NCBI GenBank assembly: GCA_963666275.2
Contig: CAXXOA010000002.1
Span: 1,280,001 to 1,344,000, forward strand
DNA: 64,000 nucleotides
Direction: 5' to 3'
DNA from: Oceanispirochaeta sp.
Lineage (GTDB): Bacteria > Spirochaetota > Spirochaetia > DSM-2461
Below, piece by piece: positions 47,207-57,092 of this stretch. Each line of letters starts with the position of its first letter. The first letter of the stretch is position 1. The translations under genes and the position numbers were made by a program. Below the pieces are notes generated by a model. It made no database searches. It was not told where the DNA came from and saw only the letters and a list, made by a program, of their open reading frames with translations.

Positions 47207-48778
47207 TCAAATAAACACAGGCCCTTTATCAGCCGTAATGTTATCTTTTAAATTCCATGGTAATAATTCTTCCCATTCTTGTTCATTATTGATGAACGGA
47301 GCTTTAGAGAAAACATAATGCAGATAATCAAAGGGATTCAAGTTATTTTGTTTTGCAGTCTCAATCAGAGAATACATCCCGCAGGAACTGTCTGCCCCTT
47401 TGGGATTCCCGGAAAATAGCCAGTTTTTCCTCCCCAGAACAAAAGGACGAATAGCATTTTCACTGCCATTATTATCCGGAGTCAGATAAGGACTTTCCAG
47501 ATATCGGATCAAATAATCCCATTGATTCAATGCATAATGAACAGCCTTACCTAAAGCACTTTCAGGTAAAACATTTTCAGCCCTTTTATCCAACCATTGT
47601 TTAAATTTTTCAAGAATGGGTTCGGCCTTGCTTTTCCGTTGTTCCTGGAACTCTTCAGGAGATAATTTCTTACTCCTTAGATCATTTTCCAAGGCATAGA
47701 GCTTCTTGATATGCTTGATTCCTTCCAGAGCACTTTTAGATTTTTTACTGGCTTTATCAGCCTCAAAGAACTTCCTTCTGGCATGTGCAAAGCAGCCTAC
47801 CAGATGTATATCGGGATTGCCTTCTACCGCGGTTTTGTATCCTTGATATCCATCGGTTTGCAGATACCCTTTAAAACTAGTGAGAAAATTCTTTGCATAT
47901 TCCGATGCCCGTGTTGGATGGTACTCATAATAAACAGCTTGTTGTCCCGGAGGACCGCCTCTGGACAGCCACATATAGGATTTCTGTTTGTTATCCCGAC
48001 CTGGTTCATTCAGAACCTGTACGGTTGTTTCATCCATTTGGATCACCGGACCGGATTTTATGTGGGTTTTCAGCAGTTCAAAGAGAGGGAGAAGAGCTTC
48101 ATAAGCCTTTTTCTGCCAATTACTCATATTCTGACGGCTGATTCGGGCTCCCATACGCTCAAACCGCTTTTCCTGTCGGTAAAAAGGAAGATGGTCCACG
48201 TACTTGTTTACCATCAGAAATGCCAACAGACCGGGAGTGACAATCCCTTTGGGGATAATGGTAGGCTCCGGAGGGGCAATCTTTACAGCAGGAACATCTT
48301 CATCGGCGGTTCCTTCGCAATTACCACAGGCATATTTTAACCGGACAATCCGTTCTACCCAGATACGGGGAGGGATCACATGCAGTTTCTCAGAGATTTC
48401 TTCTCCGATTTTTTTCAGTTCTGTTCCGCAGGCACAGTTTTTTTCATCTTCAGGAATATCAATAATCCGTTCTTTGCGGGGAAGGTTCTCATCCAGAGGC
48501 TTTCTGCCTGTTTTCTTACGCTTGTAAGAATCTATTTGCTGTTCTTCCGAACAGTCTTCCTCAGGAGTCTGTGGTTCATCAGAATCAAATAATTCAATCT
48601 GATCAGGGATATTTTCTGCTCTTCGACCGAATTGACGATGCAATGCCAAGGCCAACTTCTCTTCAAGAAGCTGATATTTCTTTTCCCAGTTCTGATTCTG
48701 GGCTTCTGATTCAGCAAGTTGCTTTTTCAGAGATAAAAATTCTTTTTGTGCTTCCAACGGAAGAGAGGAAATATCCAT
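47207..48778 (-). CDS. tnpC: IS66 transposase
   Basis: Zn finger CAC...C..C, HLPFYRQ, MDET, QTDGY, CFAHARRKF, DNN.SE.AIR, RKNWLF. Confidence 0.95.
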   Translation of the reverse strand: MDISSLPLEAQKEFLSLKKQLAESEAQNQNWEKKYQLLEEKLALALHRQFGRRAENIPDQIELFDSDEPQTPEEDCSEEQQIDSYKRKKTGRKPLDENLPRKERIIDIPEDEKNCACGTELKKIGEEISEKLHVIPPRIWVERIVRLKYACGNCEGTADEDVPAVKIAPPEPTIIPKGIVTPGLLAFLMVNKYVDHLPFYRQEKRFERMGARISRQNMSNWQKKAYEALLPLFELLKTHIKSGPVIQMDETTVQVLNEPGRDNKQKSYMWLSRGGPPGQQAVYYEYHPTRASEYAKNFLTSFKGYLQTDGYQGYKTAVEGNPDIHLVGCFAHARRKFFEADKASKKSKSALEGIKHIKKLYALENDLRSKKLSPEEFQEQRKSKAEPILEKFKQWLDKRAENVLPESALGKAVHYALNQWDYLIRYLESPYLTPDNNGSENAIRPFVLGRKNWLFSGNPKGADSSCGMYSLIETAKQNNLNPFDYLHYVFSKAPFINNEQEWEELLPWNLKDNITADKGPVFI

Positions 48779-48819
48779 AAGAGAATTTTAACAAAGACTG
48801 GAATTTGAGTAAATTCCTT

Positions 48820-49167
48820 TCAGGCAATTTCTGAATATTTCAATGTTTCGTGGGCTTTCCAGAAGTCTATACCCTTCAGAAGCATAGAGAGTTCTTCAAA
48901 GCTGATGGCTTTAGCAGCTTCTTCCGTATCTGGCCAGGGGAAGCGGTGCTTCTCCAGACGCTTCTGCCAGAGGCAGAAGCCTGTCTGATCCCAGTAAAGG
49001 GCTTTCAGAATCCGTCTCTGTTTATTACAGAACATAAAAAGAGAGCCGCAAAAAGGATCAAGAGACATTTCATCCTGAACTTCTACCGCCAAACCATTAA
49101 TAGCTTTCCGCATATCGGTAACACCGGGTCGGATAAATATCTTGATTTGAGAGAAATCCTTAATCAT
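48820..49167 (-). CDS. tnpB: IS66 accessory protein
   Basis: TDMRKAINGL, LYWD..GF.L..KRLE..RF.WP. Confidence 0.95.
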   Translation of the reverse strand: MIKDFSQIKIFIRPGVTDMRKAINGLAVEVQDEMSLDPFCGSLFMFCNKQRRILKALYWDQTGFCLWQKRLEKHRFPWPDTEEAAKAISFEELSMLLKGIDFWKAHETLKYSEIA

Positions 49168-49462
49168 TGCACTGTTCCAAGGTCTGAAGCAGTTTTTTCA
49201 ATGTGATTGTATCAAAGTTCCGATCCAGTTTTATCCGGTAGCCATTCCATTGTAACTCAATGGATGAGCCTTTGACTGTTTCCTTGGGCAATTTAACAGG
49301 AACTTCAACCAAGGATGGAGTTTTACGGTCATACCGCTTTTGCCATCCGTGGAAAGTCGTTGTTTTCAGTTTTTTATCCCGGCAGAACTGACTTACAGAT
49401 TTTCCGGACTGTTTCCACTCTGCCAAAAGAGCGTAGCGCTGATCCATTGTGTATTGTTTCAT
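49160..49462 (-). CDS. tnpA: IS66 accessory HTH protein
   Basis: WKQSGKSVSQFCR...TFHGW; overlaps tnpB start. Confidence 0.85.
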   Translation of the reverse strand: MKQYTMDQRYALLAEWKQSGKSVSQFCRDKKLKTTTFHGWQKRYDRKTPSLVEVPVKLPKETVKGSSIELQWNGYRIKLDRNFDTITLKKLLQTLEQCND

Positions 49463-49691
49463 AGTAATTCTCCTGATGGAGATTGTACCGGGATGACTGG
49501 GAGATTTTTAGATGCGGTTTATTTGACGCTTACTTTCCTTTGAAGAGAATTGTTTGGAGTTTCTTAGCAGCGCTAGATATTGATGGGAAAGTTCTCTCCG
49601 ATCAGCGGCATCTCGTGATAAGTGCATACAACTCATTCCAAGTTTTAAATTAATTAAGAATTCTCCCACAGAAAGTACCCTAGAAATCATT

Positions 49692-50252
49692 TTATAGTTG
49701 CTGCTCAATGTTCCATCTTCTTCCGGAACCCTTTACTAACCGAATATCCTCAGCGGTGTAAAGAATTGAAGAACCAAAACCATCCAAGAGTAACTTAACT
49801 GATGATAAGTGTTTTCTTGGAATCAAAGTGAAGATTAGAATTACATCACCATCACGTCCAGATCCATTGATCTCAGTAACTCCAAAACCATTACATCTTA
49901 GTATGTTCCCAACCTCTTTGTTGTTATCAGAAATAATGATTCTGACGAGTACATCACCTAATGAGAGTCTTTTCTCTAAAGAAATACCCAAGATTGTACC
50001 TGCAGAAAACCCCCCAGCATAAGCAATAATGTTAATAAAACTAGACATGTTATTCATAACTTGCTGAATAATCAATAACCAAAGTATACTCTCAAAAAAA
50101 CCCACTAGAGAAGAAAGTCTTTGATACCCACGGGATGCGAAAAGTATACGTAGTGTTGCTAGTGTTACATCTACGGCTCTTGCCAAAAAAATTAATAGTG
50201 CAATTGCAGAAACTTGAAGTAGTTCTAGATCACTGACATTTAAGATATTCAT
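49692..50252 (-). CDS. DUF2179/DUF5698 membrane protein
   Basis: IF.AR..DV.L.TLRI, GFFE, YAGGF..G, GFGVT...G.GRDG. Confidence 0.85.
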   Translation of the reverse strand: MNILNVSDLELLQVSAIALLIFLARAVDVTLATLRILFASRGYQRLSSLVGFFESILWLLIIQQVMNNMSSFINIIAYAGGFSAGTILGISLEKRLSLGDVLVRIIISDNNKEVGNILRCNGFGVTEINGSGRDGDVILIFTLIPRKHLSSVKLLLDGFGSSILYTAEDIRLVKGSGRRWNIEQQL

Positions 50253-50270
50253 TTTTCACCTACATCAAGA

Positions 50271-50726
50271 TCAAGATACATAATCACCTTGTGATTCTGG
50301 TTGATATACCATACTAATAATTTTAACTTGAATTTCTCCTCCTGGGGCATTATAGGAAATCACTTTACCAACTTCATGTCCCAGAATGGCTGCACCCAAT
50401 GGAGTCAACAATGATATATTTCCATCTTTCCCACTTGAATCTTGGGGAAATACTATTTTTACAACTGAAAATTCATGCGTTAACATATTTTCTATACGAA
50501 TCTCACTATTAATTGTAACAACGTTATTTGGTATAGATTCAGGCTCACAGAAAGTAGCAGTATCCAAATCTTCTTTTAATTTTAATAAGGTCGCAAATTT
50601 TTCTTTACCTCCCATTGTTGCTAAAGAAAGAAAACCTCGGATTCGTTCGATATCATGTACATTTAATATTCTAATATTCTTTTCCATTCGAAATATTCTA
50701 ATGTTCATTTTTTTTCTATTCAACAT
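50271..50726 (-). CDS. rnk: GreA/GreB C-terminal-domain protein (Rnk-like)
   Basis: IP.NVVTINS, IVFP, ISLLTPLGAAILG, VYQPE; true start may be 50687. Confidence 0.8.
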   Translation of the reverse strand: MLNRKKMNIRIFRMEKNIRILNVHDIERIRGFLSLATMGGKEKFATLLKLKEDLDTATFCEPESIPNNVVTINSEIRIENMLTHEFSVVKIVFPQDSSGKDGNISLLTPLGAAILGHEVGKVISYNAPGGEIQVKIISMVYQPESQGDYVS

Positions 50727-50759
50727 GAATAAATTGTCTATATTCTGTCTAATGATTGT

Positions 50760-51635
50760 CTATAATTCCTGAATAGTTCGTAAAAAGACTGATAAGTTAA
50801 TATTTTTATTTGTTAAATCCAGTTTTCTTCTGATTGAATGCCGATGTTTTTCTATTGTTGCTGGTGAGAGACCTAATTCATCACTAATTTCTTTATTTGA
50901 CATTCCAGATTTAATATACTTAGATATCTGAAACTCTCTTGGAGATAGTAGATTCAATTTATCTTTTGTATCAAAAACTAAATCAGAATCAGGTTGTAAC
51001 ATATCTATTTTCAGTTTTGACATGAAATCTCTAAATTGCATAACATTGATTTTTTTATCCAGAAAATCAGTCAACTGAGCATCAATAATACTCCACAATT
51101 TTAATTGATTTTCCTTTTTTTCTGTTTCAATCTGAAATAAGATCTCTTTTAAAGCAATGTTTTTCTGTTCCAAGATAATGTATGCTTCAGATATTGTATG
51201 TTCCATTTCTATTCTATTCATTACAGCGCAAACTACATCAGCAAGCCCTTTTAGTAATTTTTTTTCTTCCGGAAGAAAACTTACTGAAGATTTTTTACTT
51301 TCATCAAATAGTTCAACAATGAGAGTAACCTTATCTCCATTGTTTATGTACAGTGATTCATGTATGGAATCAACAGAGACTCCTAAACCACCTTGAATCA
51401 TTTCTTTATTGTTTACAGAAATCCTGACTCTAGTTTTATTTGGTATTGAGAAACCTTCTGGGATTACTTTTGCAATCTTTCTTAATGCATCATCATAAGA
51501 AATATTAGGAATTGAAAGAACTTCCAGAACAGAAAATATACATGAAAGTTCTTTTTGTCTTTCTTCTAATGATAATTCAATCTGTTTTTCTCTCGTATCT
51601 TTTTTAAAATCGAGACTTTTGATATATGATTTCAT
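50760..51635 (-). CDS. LuxR C-terminal HTH regulator with N-terminal GAF-like region
   Basis: LSPREFQI...GMSNKEI...TIEKHRHSIRRKL; N-terminal ERQKELSC...FLPEEKKLL. Confidence 0.82.
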   Translation of the reverse strand: MKSYIKSLDFKKDTREKQIELSLEERQKELSCIFSVLEVLSIPNISYDDALRKIAKVIPEGFSIPNKTRVRISVNNKEMIQGGLGVSVDSIHESLYINNGDKVTLIVELFDESKKSSVSFLPEEKKLLKGLADVVCAVMNRIEMEHTISEAYIILEQKNIALKEILFQIETEKKENQLKLWSIIDAQLTDFLDKKINVMQFRDFMSKLKIDMLQPDSDLVFDTKDKLNLLSPREFQISKYIKSGMSNKEISDELGLSPATIEKHRHSIRRKLDLTNKNINLSVFLRTIQEL

Positions 51636-51827
51636 TAATTAGTATTATAACTAGTATTCTTCAATTTTAGTAGGTCGTTTTCAATTTCTCATCATTGGAC
51701 TTGACTATTGTAACATTTCGTCATTTGGGTCCATGTTCTACGAATAAACGTATCTCCTATCCATGAATAATTAATTTCGTTGCAAATGTTACAGAAACTC
51801 TCTGAATGGTTTCTTATTATTAATGAC

Positions 51828-52562
51828 ATGAAACTATATGAAGTATTAGCCGCAGAATATAATGAGATTTTCCCATCCTCCCAGGAGAAGGTAGACTTTG
51901 TAGAACAGTACCTTGAGAAGGGAGAGTCTCAACGAATACTGGATATCGGTTGTGCAAGCGGAGAATTTGTCTATCAGTTATCTTCTTCAACCAGAGAAAT
52001 AGCAGGAATTGATCTTGATGGACTTATGATTGCTGAGGCAAAAAAACAAATGCCTTCTGACCAACCAGGCGTCATTCAATTCTTCCAGGCAGATATGCTT
52101 GGCTTTCTCAGTAATACCGAATCTGATTTCTATGATCTCATCACTTGCCTGGGTAATACAATTGTTTATCTTGATGGTGAGTCTGAATTGAGAGGTTTTC
52201 TTCAATCAGCGCAAAAAAATTTGAAAGAGCATGGAACGATGATTATTCAGATATTGAATTACAGCAATCCAATGATTGCTCCTGGTTTTATATTTCCGAA
52301 AGCAGAAACGAAGAAGATTGAGTTTAACAGAGAATATGTGGCATTAAAAGATTCTGCAAAGTTTGGGTTCAAGACCTCGGTGAAAGAAAAAGGTTCCAGT
52401 GAGACTGATATAGATTTACACCAGCACTTCCCCTTCATCAGCAGCAGAATTGAAAAAATTGCCTTGGAAGCTGGATTTATCAAATCAAAGATATTTGGCG
52501 GTTATGCTGGGAAAGAACCCGAGGTTTCTGATTTCTTTCATCTTGTCGTTCTTGAAAAGTAG
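51828..52562 (+). CDS. Class I SAM-dependent methyltransferase
   Basis: ILDIGCASG, GIDLD, ADM, CLGNT, QILNY. Confidence 0.88.
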   Translation: MKLYEVLAAEYNEIFPSSQEKVDFVEQYLEKGESQRILDIGCASGEFVYQLSSSTREIAGIDLDGLMIAEAKKQMPSDQPGVIQFFQADMLGFLSNTESDFYDLITCLGNTIVYLDGESELRGFLQSAQKNLKEHGTMIIQILNYSNPMIAPGFIFPKAETKKIEFNREYVALKDSAKFGFKTSVKEKGSSETDIDLHQHFPFISSRIEKIALEAGFIKSKIFGGYAGKEPEVSDFFHLVVLEK

Positions 52563-52649
52563 ATTTTGAAGGATTTCCAGAAAGTTGTAATCCGGAAATC
52601 CTTCCATATTCAATTGTAATCAAATCTATCATGGTTGTGAGATATGAAA

Positions 52650-53006
52650 TCATTTTCTCTGCCAGAATTCTATACGATGACCTTCTGGGTCATATAAATA
52701 AAAAATCATAGCATCCCATGGATGGCTTTTTATTGGTGAAGAATCAATCCCTAATTGATTCAGTTCATTCTTTTTCTCTTCTAAATTCAAAACTTCCAGA
52801 GAGAGTGTGATTCCCGCACCACCAGAGCTTTTTATCGTGGTTCTTTGAGAGTCCGCGACACTTAGTCGGGAGTTCTCTGATAATTTAAATTCAACAAACC
52901 ATTCATTTGCAAGGAGTACAGGAAGTTTTAGGATGGATTTATAAAATGAAACTGTTTCCTCCCAAATGTTACAATAGAGTATTGTATTGGAGCTCACTAC
53001 TGGCAT
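52650..53006 (-). CDS. VOC/glyoxalase family protein
   Basis: FYKSIL, HPW, YDPEGHRIEF. Confidence 0.82.
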   Translation of the reverse strand: MPVVSSNTILYCNIWEETVSFYKSILKLPVLLANEWFVEFKLSENSRLSVADSQRTTIKSSGGAGITLSLEVLNLEEKKNELNQLGIDSSPIKSHPWDAMIFYLYDPEGHRIEFWQRK

Positions 53007-53089
53007 CTTGATTTTACCTCGCTCTTATTTATATGTGTTTTAAGAATGAATACAAGTTCGTATCTGGTTATATTGATGAAGAGCAATGG

Positions 53090-53815
53090 ATGTCTTATTC
53101 TTTTAATATGAACCAAGATGTATGCCGACACTGCCATAATAAAGGATGTGCCAGAAAAGTTCCAATATTTGCCTCTCTGGATAATGATGAGATTGCCGAC
53201 ATCATACGGATGACTGGACACTTTGATTACCGTAAAGGTGAATTTCTGTGCCATGAAGGTGATCCAGCGTCTGAACTTTTTATTATAAATGAAGGAAAGG
53301 TAAAACTTTCCAAATTTACAAAAGACGGTAAAGAACAAATCCTCCGAATCCTCTCAAATGGTTCCATTTTTGGCGAATACTATCTGTTAAGTGATAACAT
53401 TCCATGCAACTTCTCCGCTATAGCCATCACAGATCTGAAAATCTGTACACTTGGTAAACCGCAAATGGATAAGCTATTGGTAAGCCATCCCGAGATCGGC
53501 ATCAAACTTCTGAAAGAGGTTTCCAGCAGGTTGATTCAGATGGAAAATCTGGCAGGCAAACTTTCAAGCCATGATACAGACTCAAAAGTGGCGTATGTTC
53601 TCCTGGACATGGTGGAGAAGTATGGCTCTCTGACTATCGATGGAATTCGCATTGAAACTCCCCTAAACAGGGAAGAGATGGCCAACTTTGCCGGTGTTAC
53701 CAGAGAAACGATGAGCAGGAAACTCAGTAGTTTTGAAAAGACCGGCGTCATCAAGGTCATAGGTCACCGTAAAATAATCATTACAGAAAAAAGCGCTTTG
53801 GAAGAAATGATCTAA
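53090..53815 (+). CDS. Crp/Fnr family regulator (HcpR-like) with Cys-rich N-terminus
   Basis: CRHCHNKGC, EGD, GKEQIL, FGE, HTH REEMANFAGVTRETMSR; start uncertain (53033/53090/53108). Confidence 0.9.
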   Translation: MSYSFNMNQDVCRHCHNKGCARKVPIFASLDNDEIADIIRMTGHFDYRKGEFLCHEGDPASELFIINEGKVKLSKFTKDGKEQILRILSNGSIFGEYYLLSDNIPCNFSAIAITDLKICTLGKPQMDKLLVSHPEIGIKLLKEVSSRLIQMENLAGKLSSHDTDSKVAYVLLDMVEKYGSLTIDGIRIETPLNREEMANFAGVTRETMSRKLSSFEKTGVIKVIGHRKIIITEKSALEEMI

Positions 53816-53828
53816 TTATTTTTCATAT

Positions 53829-53844
53829 TGTGCGTCAAATCACA
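53829..53844 (+). promoter_or_regulatory. Crp/HcpR-type box upstream of fprA
   Basis: TGTGC-GTCAAA-TCACA. Confidence 0.7.
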
Positions 53845-53914
53845 TTTTTATTTTTATACCGGGTTTATTCTCCAGTTACAAGTTAACCATTCGAAGGTTA
53901 CCAGGAGGATACAA

Positions 53915-55144
53915 ATGAGTATAAAAATTAACGGCAATACATCATGGATTGGAAAGGTTGATGCCAGAGACGTTCCCTTTCACCGCCTGGTCCTGACGAA
54001 AGGAACAACTTACAACAGCTACCTGATCAATTCTGAAAAACCGACGGTTATTGATACGGTGGATATCTCTTTCGGTAAAGAGTTCAGGGACAATCTAGAA
54101 AAAGAGATCGATCTGTCGGCCATCCGGTACATCGTTATCAATCACACAGAACCGGACCATTCCGGAGGTCTTCGGACCCTGGCCGCTAAAGCGGTGGATG
54201 CGGTTATCGTCTGTACCGAACCTGCGGTCTATGAACTGAAGGAGATGTACAAGCTCCATGACCGGGAATTTCTGGCCGTGAAAACCGGCGACACCCTGGA
54301 TATCGGGGGTAAAACCCTGCATTTTTTCGAAACTCCCTACCTGCATACCGAAGAGACCATGGTGACCTATTGCCCGGAAGACCGGATACTCTATTCCTGC
54401 GATATTTTCTCCACCCATGTGGCCAATGAAAACTACTTTGACGACAGGGAACCGGCGGATATTATGGAGGACTTCAAAGTTTACTATAAGCTAATCATGG
54501 GGCCCCACAGGCTCTATGTGAGAGACCTGATAGAGATTCTCTCCGGTCTGGATATTCAGACCATAGCCCCCTCCCATGGCTATATCCTCAGGAACAATGC
54601 CCGGAAGTATATCGATCTGTACGATAAGATGAGCCGGAACAGAGAGGAAGGGGTAAAGGGGCTGGTTCTCTATTCAACCATGACGGGTAATACGAAACAG
54701 ATAGCCCGGTCCATTCAACATATGTATGAACAGATGGGTATCCCCATGGAGATTCTGGATGCTGACAGAACAGATCCAGAAGAGATCAGAAGGGCTATCA
54801 CCGCAGCGGACATTGTCTTTTTCGGCAGTTCCACCCGTTACGCCGATATGCCCGGAAAACTCGAGAGTATTCTGAAAGATCTGAAGGATATGGATCTGAA
54901 AAATAAATATGCCGCCGCCTTCGGCTCCTATGGCTGGAGCGGTGAGCCCATTGAGATCATACAGGACTATCTGGAGGATTTGGATTTCCGGACTTTTACA
55001 ACAAGCGGGATTATCAAAACCACGGGAATGACGGATGTGAACTTCCCCATCAGGATCAGGTTTTCCCTGAATGACGAAAGCAGGAAAAAACTGAAAAGAG
55101 CGGTGTACTACACCATTGAACAGGTAAACGGCAAAGGAGCGTGA
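53915..55144 (+). CDS. fprA: Flavodiiron protein (A-type flavoprotein, NO/O2 reductase)
   Basis: GTTYNSYL, HTEPDH, SCD.F, PSHG, YSTMTGNT, FGSYGWSG; ATG 53915 after AGGAGG. Confidence 0.92.
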   Translation: MSIKINGNTSWIGKVDARDVPFHRLVLTKGTTYNSYLINSEKPTVIDTVDISFGKEFRDNLEKEIDLSAIRYIVINHTEPDHSGGLRTLAAKAVDAVIVCTEPAVYELKEMYKLHDREFLAVKTGDTLDIGGKTLHFFETPYLHTEETMVTYCPEDRILYSCDIFSTHVANENYFDDREPADIMEDFKVYYKLIMGPHRLYVRDLIEILSGLDIQTIAPSHGYILRNNARKYIDLYDKMSRNREEGVKGLVLYSTMTGNTKQIARSIQHMYEQMGIPMEILDADRTDPEEIRRAITAADIVFFGSSTRYADMPGKLESILKDLKDMDLKNKYAAAFGSYGWSGEPIEIIQDYLEDLDFRTFTTSGIIKTTGMTDVNFPIRIRFSLNDESRKKLKRAVYYTIEQVNGKGA

Positions 55145-55145
55145 A

Positions 55146-55865
55146 ATGGAAGTTATAAATATCAGAAATACATCTCTGGGAGAAATTGTTGCGGAGAACC
55201 CCCTGGTTATCCCTGTACTGAATAAATATGGCCTGGACTACTGCTGCGGCGGAAAAGATACCCTCTCCCGGGCGATACACGAGGGAAACCTTGATGAAGA
55301 AAAGGTATATGAAGAGCTGGAAGGGGTCATGAAGGAGACAGAAACTCTAACAGAACTGTTCAGAGACTGGCGGAAGGCTTCCATACCCGAGATTATGGAC
55401 AGAATCCTCCAGACTCATCATGTCTTTATGAAAGAGACATTGGCGGAGTTGAATGCCCTCTTGTTCAAAGTTCTCAAGGCTCATTACAGGAACCACGGTG
55501 GTCTGTTACTCGAGGTACATAAGCTTTTTGGAACTCTCAAGACGGAGCTGGAAGCCCATCTCATTAAAGAAGAGGAGAGTCTGTTTCCCCGGATTCTTGA
55601 TTATTCCCAATCGGGAGACATTGCTATGCAGAAAGAGATTCTGGAAGAGATGGTCACAACCGAAGAGGAGCATGATGCGGCGGGTGACCTGTTCAGAAAA
55701 CTGAATAATGTAACCGGAGGTTATCGGGCACCGGAAGACAGCTGTATTTCTTTCCAAAGGACCTTTGAACTTCTGAATGCTCTGGAAAAGGATACATTCA
55801 ATCATATCCATCTGGAAAACAGCATCCTCTTTGAAGCCCTGAAATCTTCTTTACAACGGGAGTAA
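55146..55865 (+). CDS. ric: Iron-sulfur cluster repair di-iron protein
   Basis: LDYCCGG, HH, HLIKEE..LFP, EHD.AG, HIHLEN.ILF. Confidence 0.93.
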   Translation: MEVINIRNTSLGEIVAENPLVIPVLNKYGLDYCCGGKDTLSRAIHEGNLDEEKVYEELEGVMKETETLTELFRDWRKASIPEIMDRILQTHHVFMKETLAELNALLFKVLKAHYRNHGGLLLEVHKLFGTLKTELEAHLIKEEESLFPRILDYSQSGDIAMQKEILEEMVTTEEEHDAAGDLFRKLNNVTGGYRAPEDSCISFQRTFELLNALEKDTFNHIHLENSILFEALKSSLQRE

Positions 55866-55901
55866 TCCCCTTGATACTATTAAAGAACCACGGAGGACTT
55901 T

Positions 55902-57092
55902 ATGGGAGAAGGAATCGGCACCAATAAATTGAAAGAGCAAGAACTGCGGAAGATCATAAAAGATCTGAACGAAGGATCTGATATCAAAAAGGTGAAGAGG
56001 GATTTTGATAAACTGATAAGGGATATCAGCCCCGAGGAGATCGCCAATGTGGAACAGTCCCTGATTGATGAAGGGGTTCCGGTGGAGCATGTGCAGAAAC
56101 TCTGCGATATCCATGTCCAGGTGTTTGATGATGCCCTGAAGAAGCAGGGGAAGACAAAGGTACTACCCGGCCATCCCGTCCATACCTACAGGCTGGAAAA
56201 CAGGGAACTCCGTAAGAAAATCCGAAACCTCAAATCAGGCAGATCCGATTTCCTCACCCGACTGAAGGATGTGAAACTCATAGAACTCCATTATGTGAGG
56301 AAGGAAAACCAGCTCTTTCCCTACCTGGAATCTGTGGGATTTACAGGACCTTCCAAGGTTATGTGGGGCAAGCACGATGAAATCCGGGCTCTCTTCCGGG
56401 AGATTGAAGAGGAGTACGCCAAAGGGGATATGACCGGGGTAAAGAAAAAGAGACGTGCTCTTATTAAAGGGCTCAGAAATATGATCTTTATGGAGGAGAA
56501 AATTCTCTTTCCCACATCCCTGCGTAAGCTGCCATCTCAGGCTTGGGTCTCTATAAGAAAGGGAGAAAGTTCCATCGGGTACTGCTGGGTAGAGCCTGGA
56601 AACCTCTGGGATGCCAATCTGGTGGGTTCGCAGGATTCTGATGCTGGGTCTGTCCAGGACGCTCCGTCTGTGGCGAGTAGGGGGACTGATAAAATCTCTC
56701 TGGATACAGGTTCCCTGACGGCATTTCAGATCAACCTTCTGCTGAAAAACCTACCCTTTGATATGACCTATGTGGATGAGAATGACAAAGTGGCCTACTA
56801 CTCGGAGGGAAAAGAGCGGATCTTTCCCAGAAGCCCGGGGATTATAGGACGGGATGTGGCTAACTGTCATCCTCCCAAAAGTGTTCATGTGGTTGAGAAA
56901 ATTGTTGAGGCTCTTAAAAAGGGCGAGAAAGACCAGGCAGAATTTTGGATAAAGATGAATGGTATGTTTATCCATATCAGGTATTTTCCCATTTTTGATG
57001 CTTTGGGCAAATACCGAGGGATTATCGAAGTCAGTCAGGAGGTCTCGGGAATACGGTCTCTTGAGGGAGAACGGCGTCTTCTGGATTGGTAA
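55902..57092 (+). CDS. DUF438 / hemerythrin / PAS domain protein
   Basis: EIANVEQSLI, LCDIH, GHPV, HYVRKENQLFP, MWGKHDEIR, EEKILFP, NCHPPKS. Confidence 0.9.
   Translation: MGEGIGTNKLKEQELRKIIKDLNEGSDIKKVKRDFDKLIRDISPEEIANVEQSLIDEGVPVEHVQKLCDIHVQVFDDALKKQGKTKVLPGHPVHTYRLENRELRKKIRNLKSGRSDFLTRLKDVKLIELHYVRKENQLFPYLESVGFTGPSKVMWGKHDEIRALFREIEEEYAKGDMTGVKKKRRALIKGLRNMIFMEEKILFPTSLRKLPSQAWVSIRKGESSIGYCWVEPGNLWDANLVGSQDSDAGSVQDAPSVASRGTDKISLDTGSLTAFQINLLLKNLPFDMTYVDENDKVAYYSEGKERIFPRSPGIIGRDVANCHPPKSVHVVEKIVEALKKGEKDQAEFWIKMNGMFIHIRYFPIFDALGKYRGIIEVSQEVSGIRSLEGERRLLDW

Larger units (their letters stand above)
47200..49533 (-). mobile_element. IS66-family insertion sequence (2334 bp)
   Basis: Terminal inverted repeats GTAAGCGTCAAATAAAC / GTATGCGTCAAATAAAC (16/17 match); tnpA-tnpB-tnpC order. 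Confidence 0.95.

Noticed and set aside
48820..49167. tnpB as an RNA-guided nuclease
   Set aside because: This is the 115-aa IS66 accessory TnpB, unrelated to IS200/IS605 TnpB; no RuvC motifs
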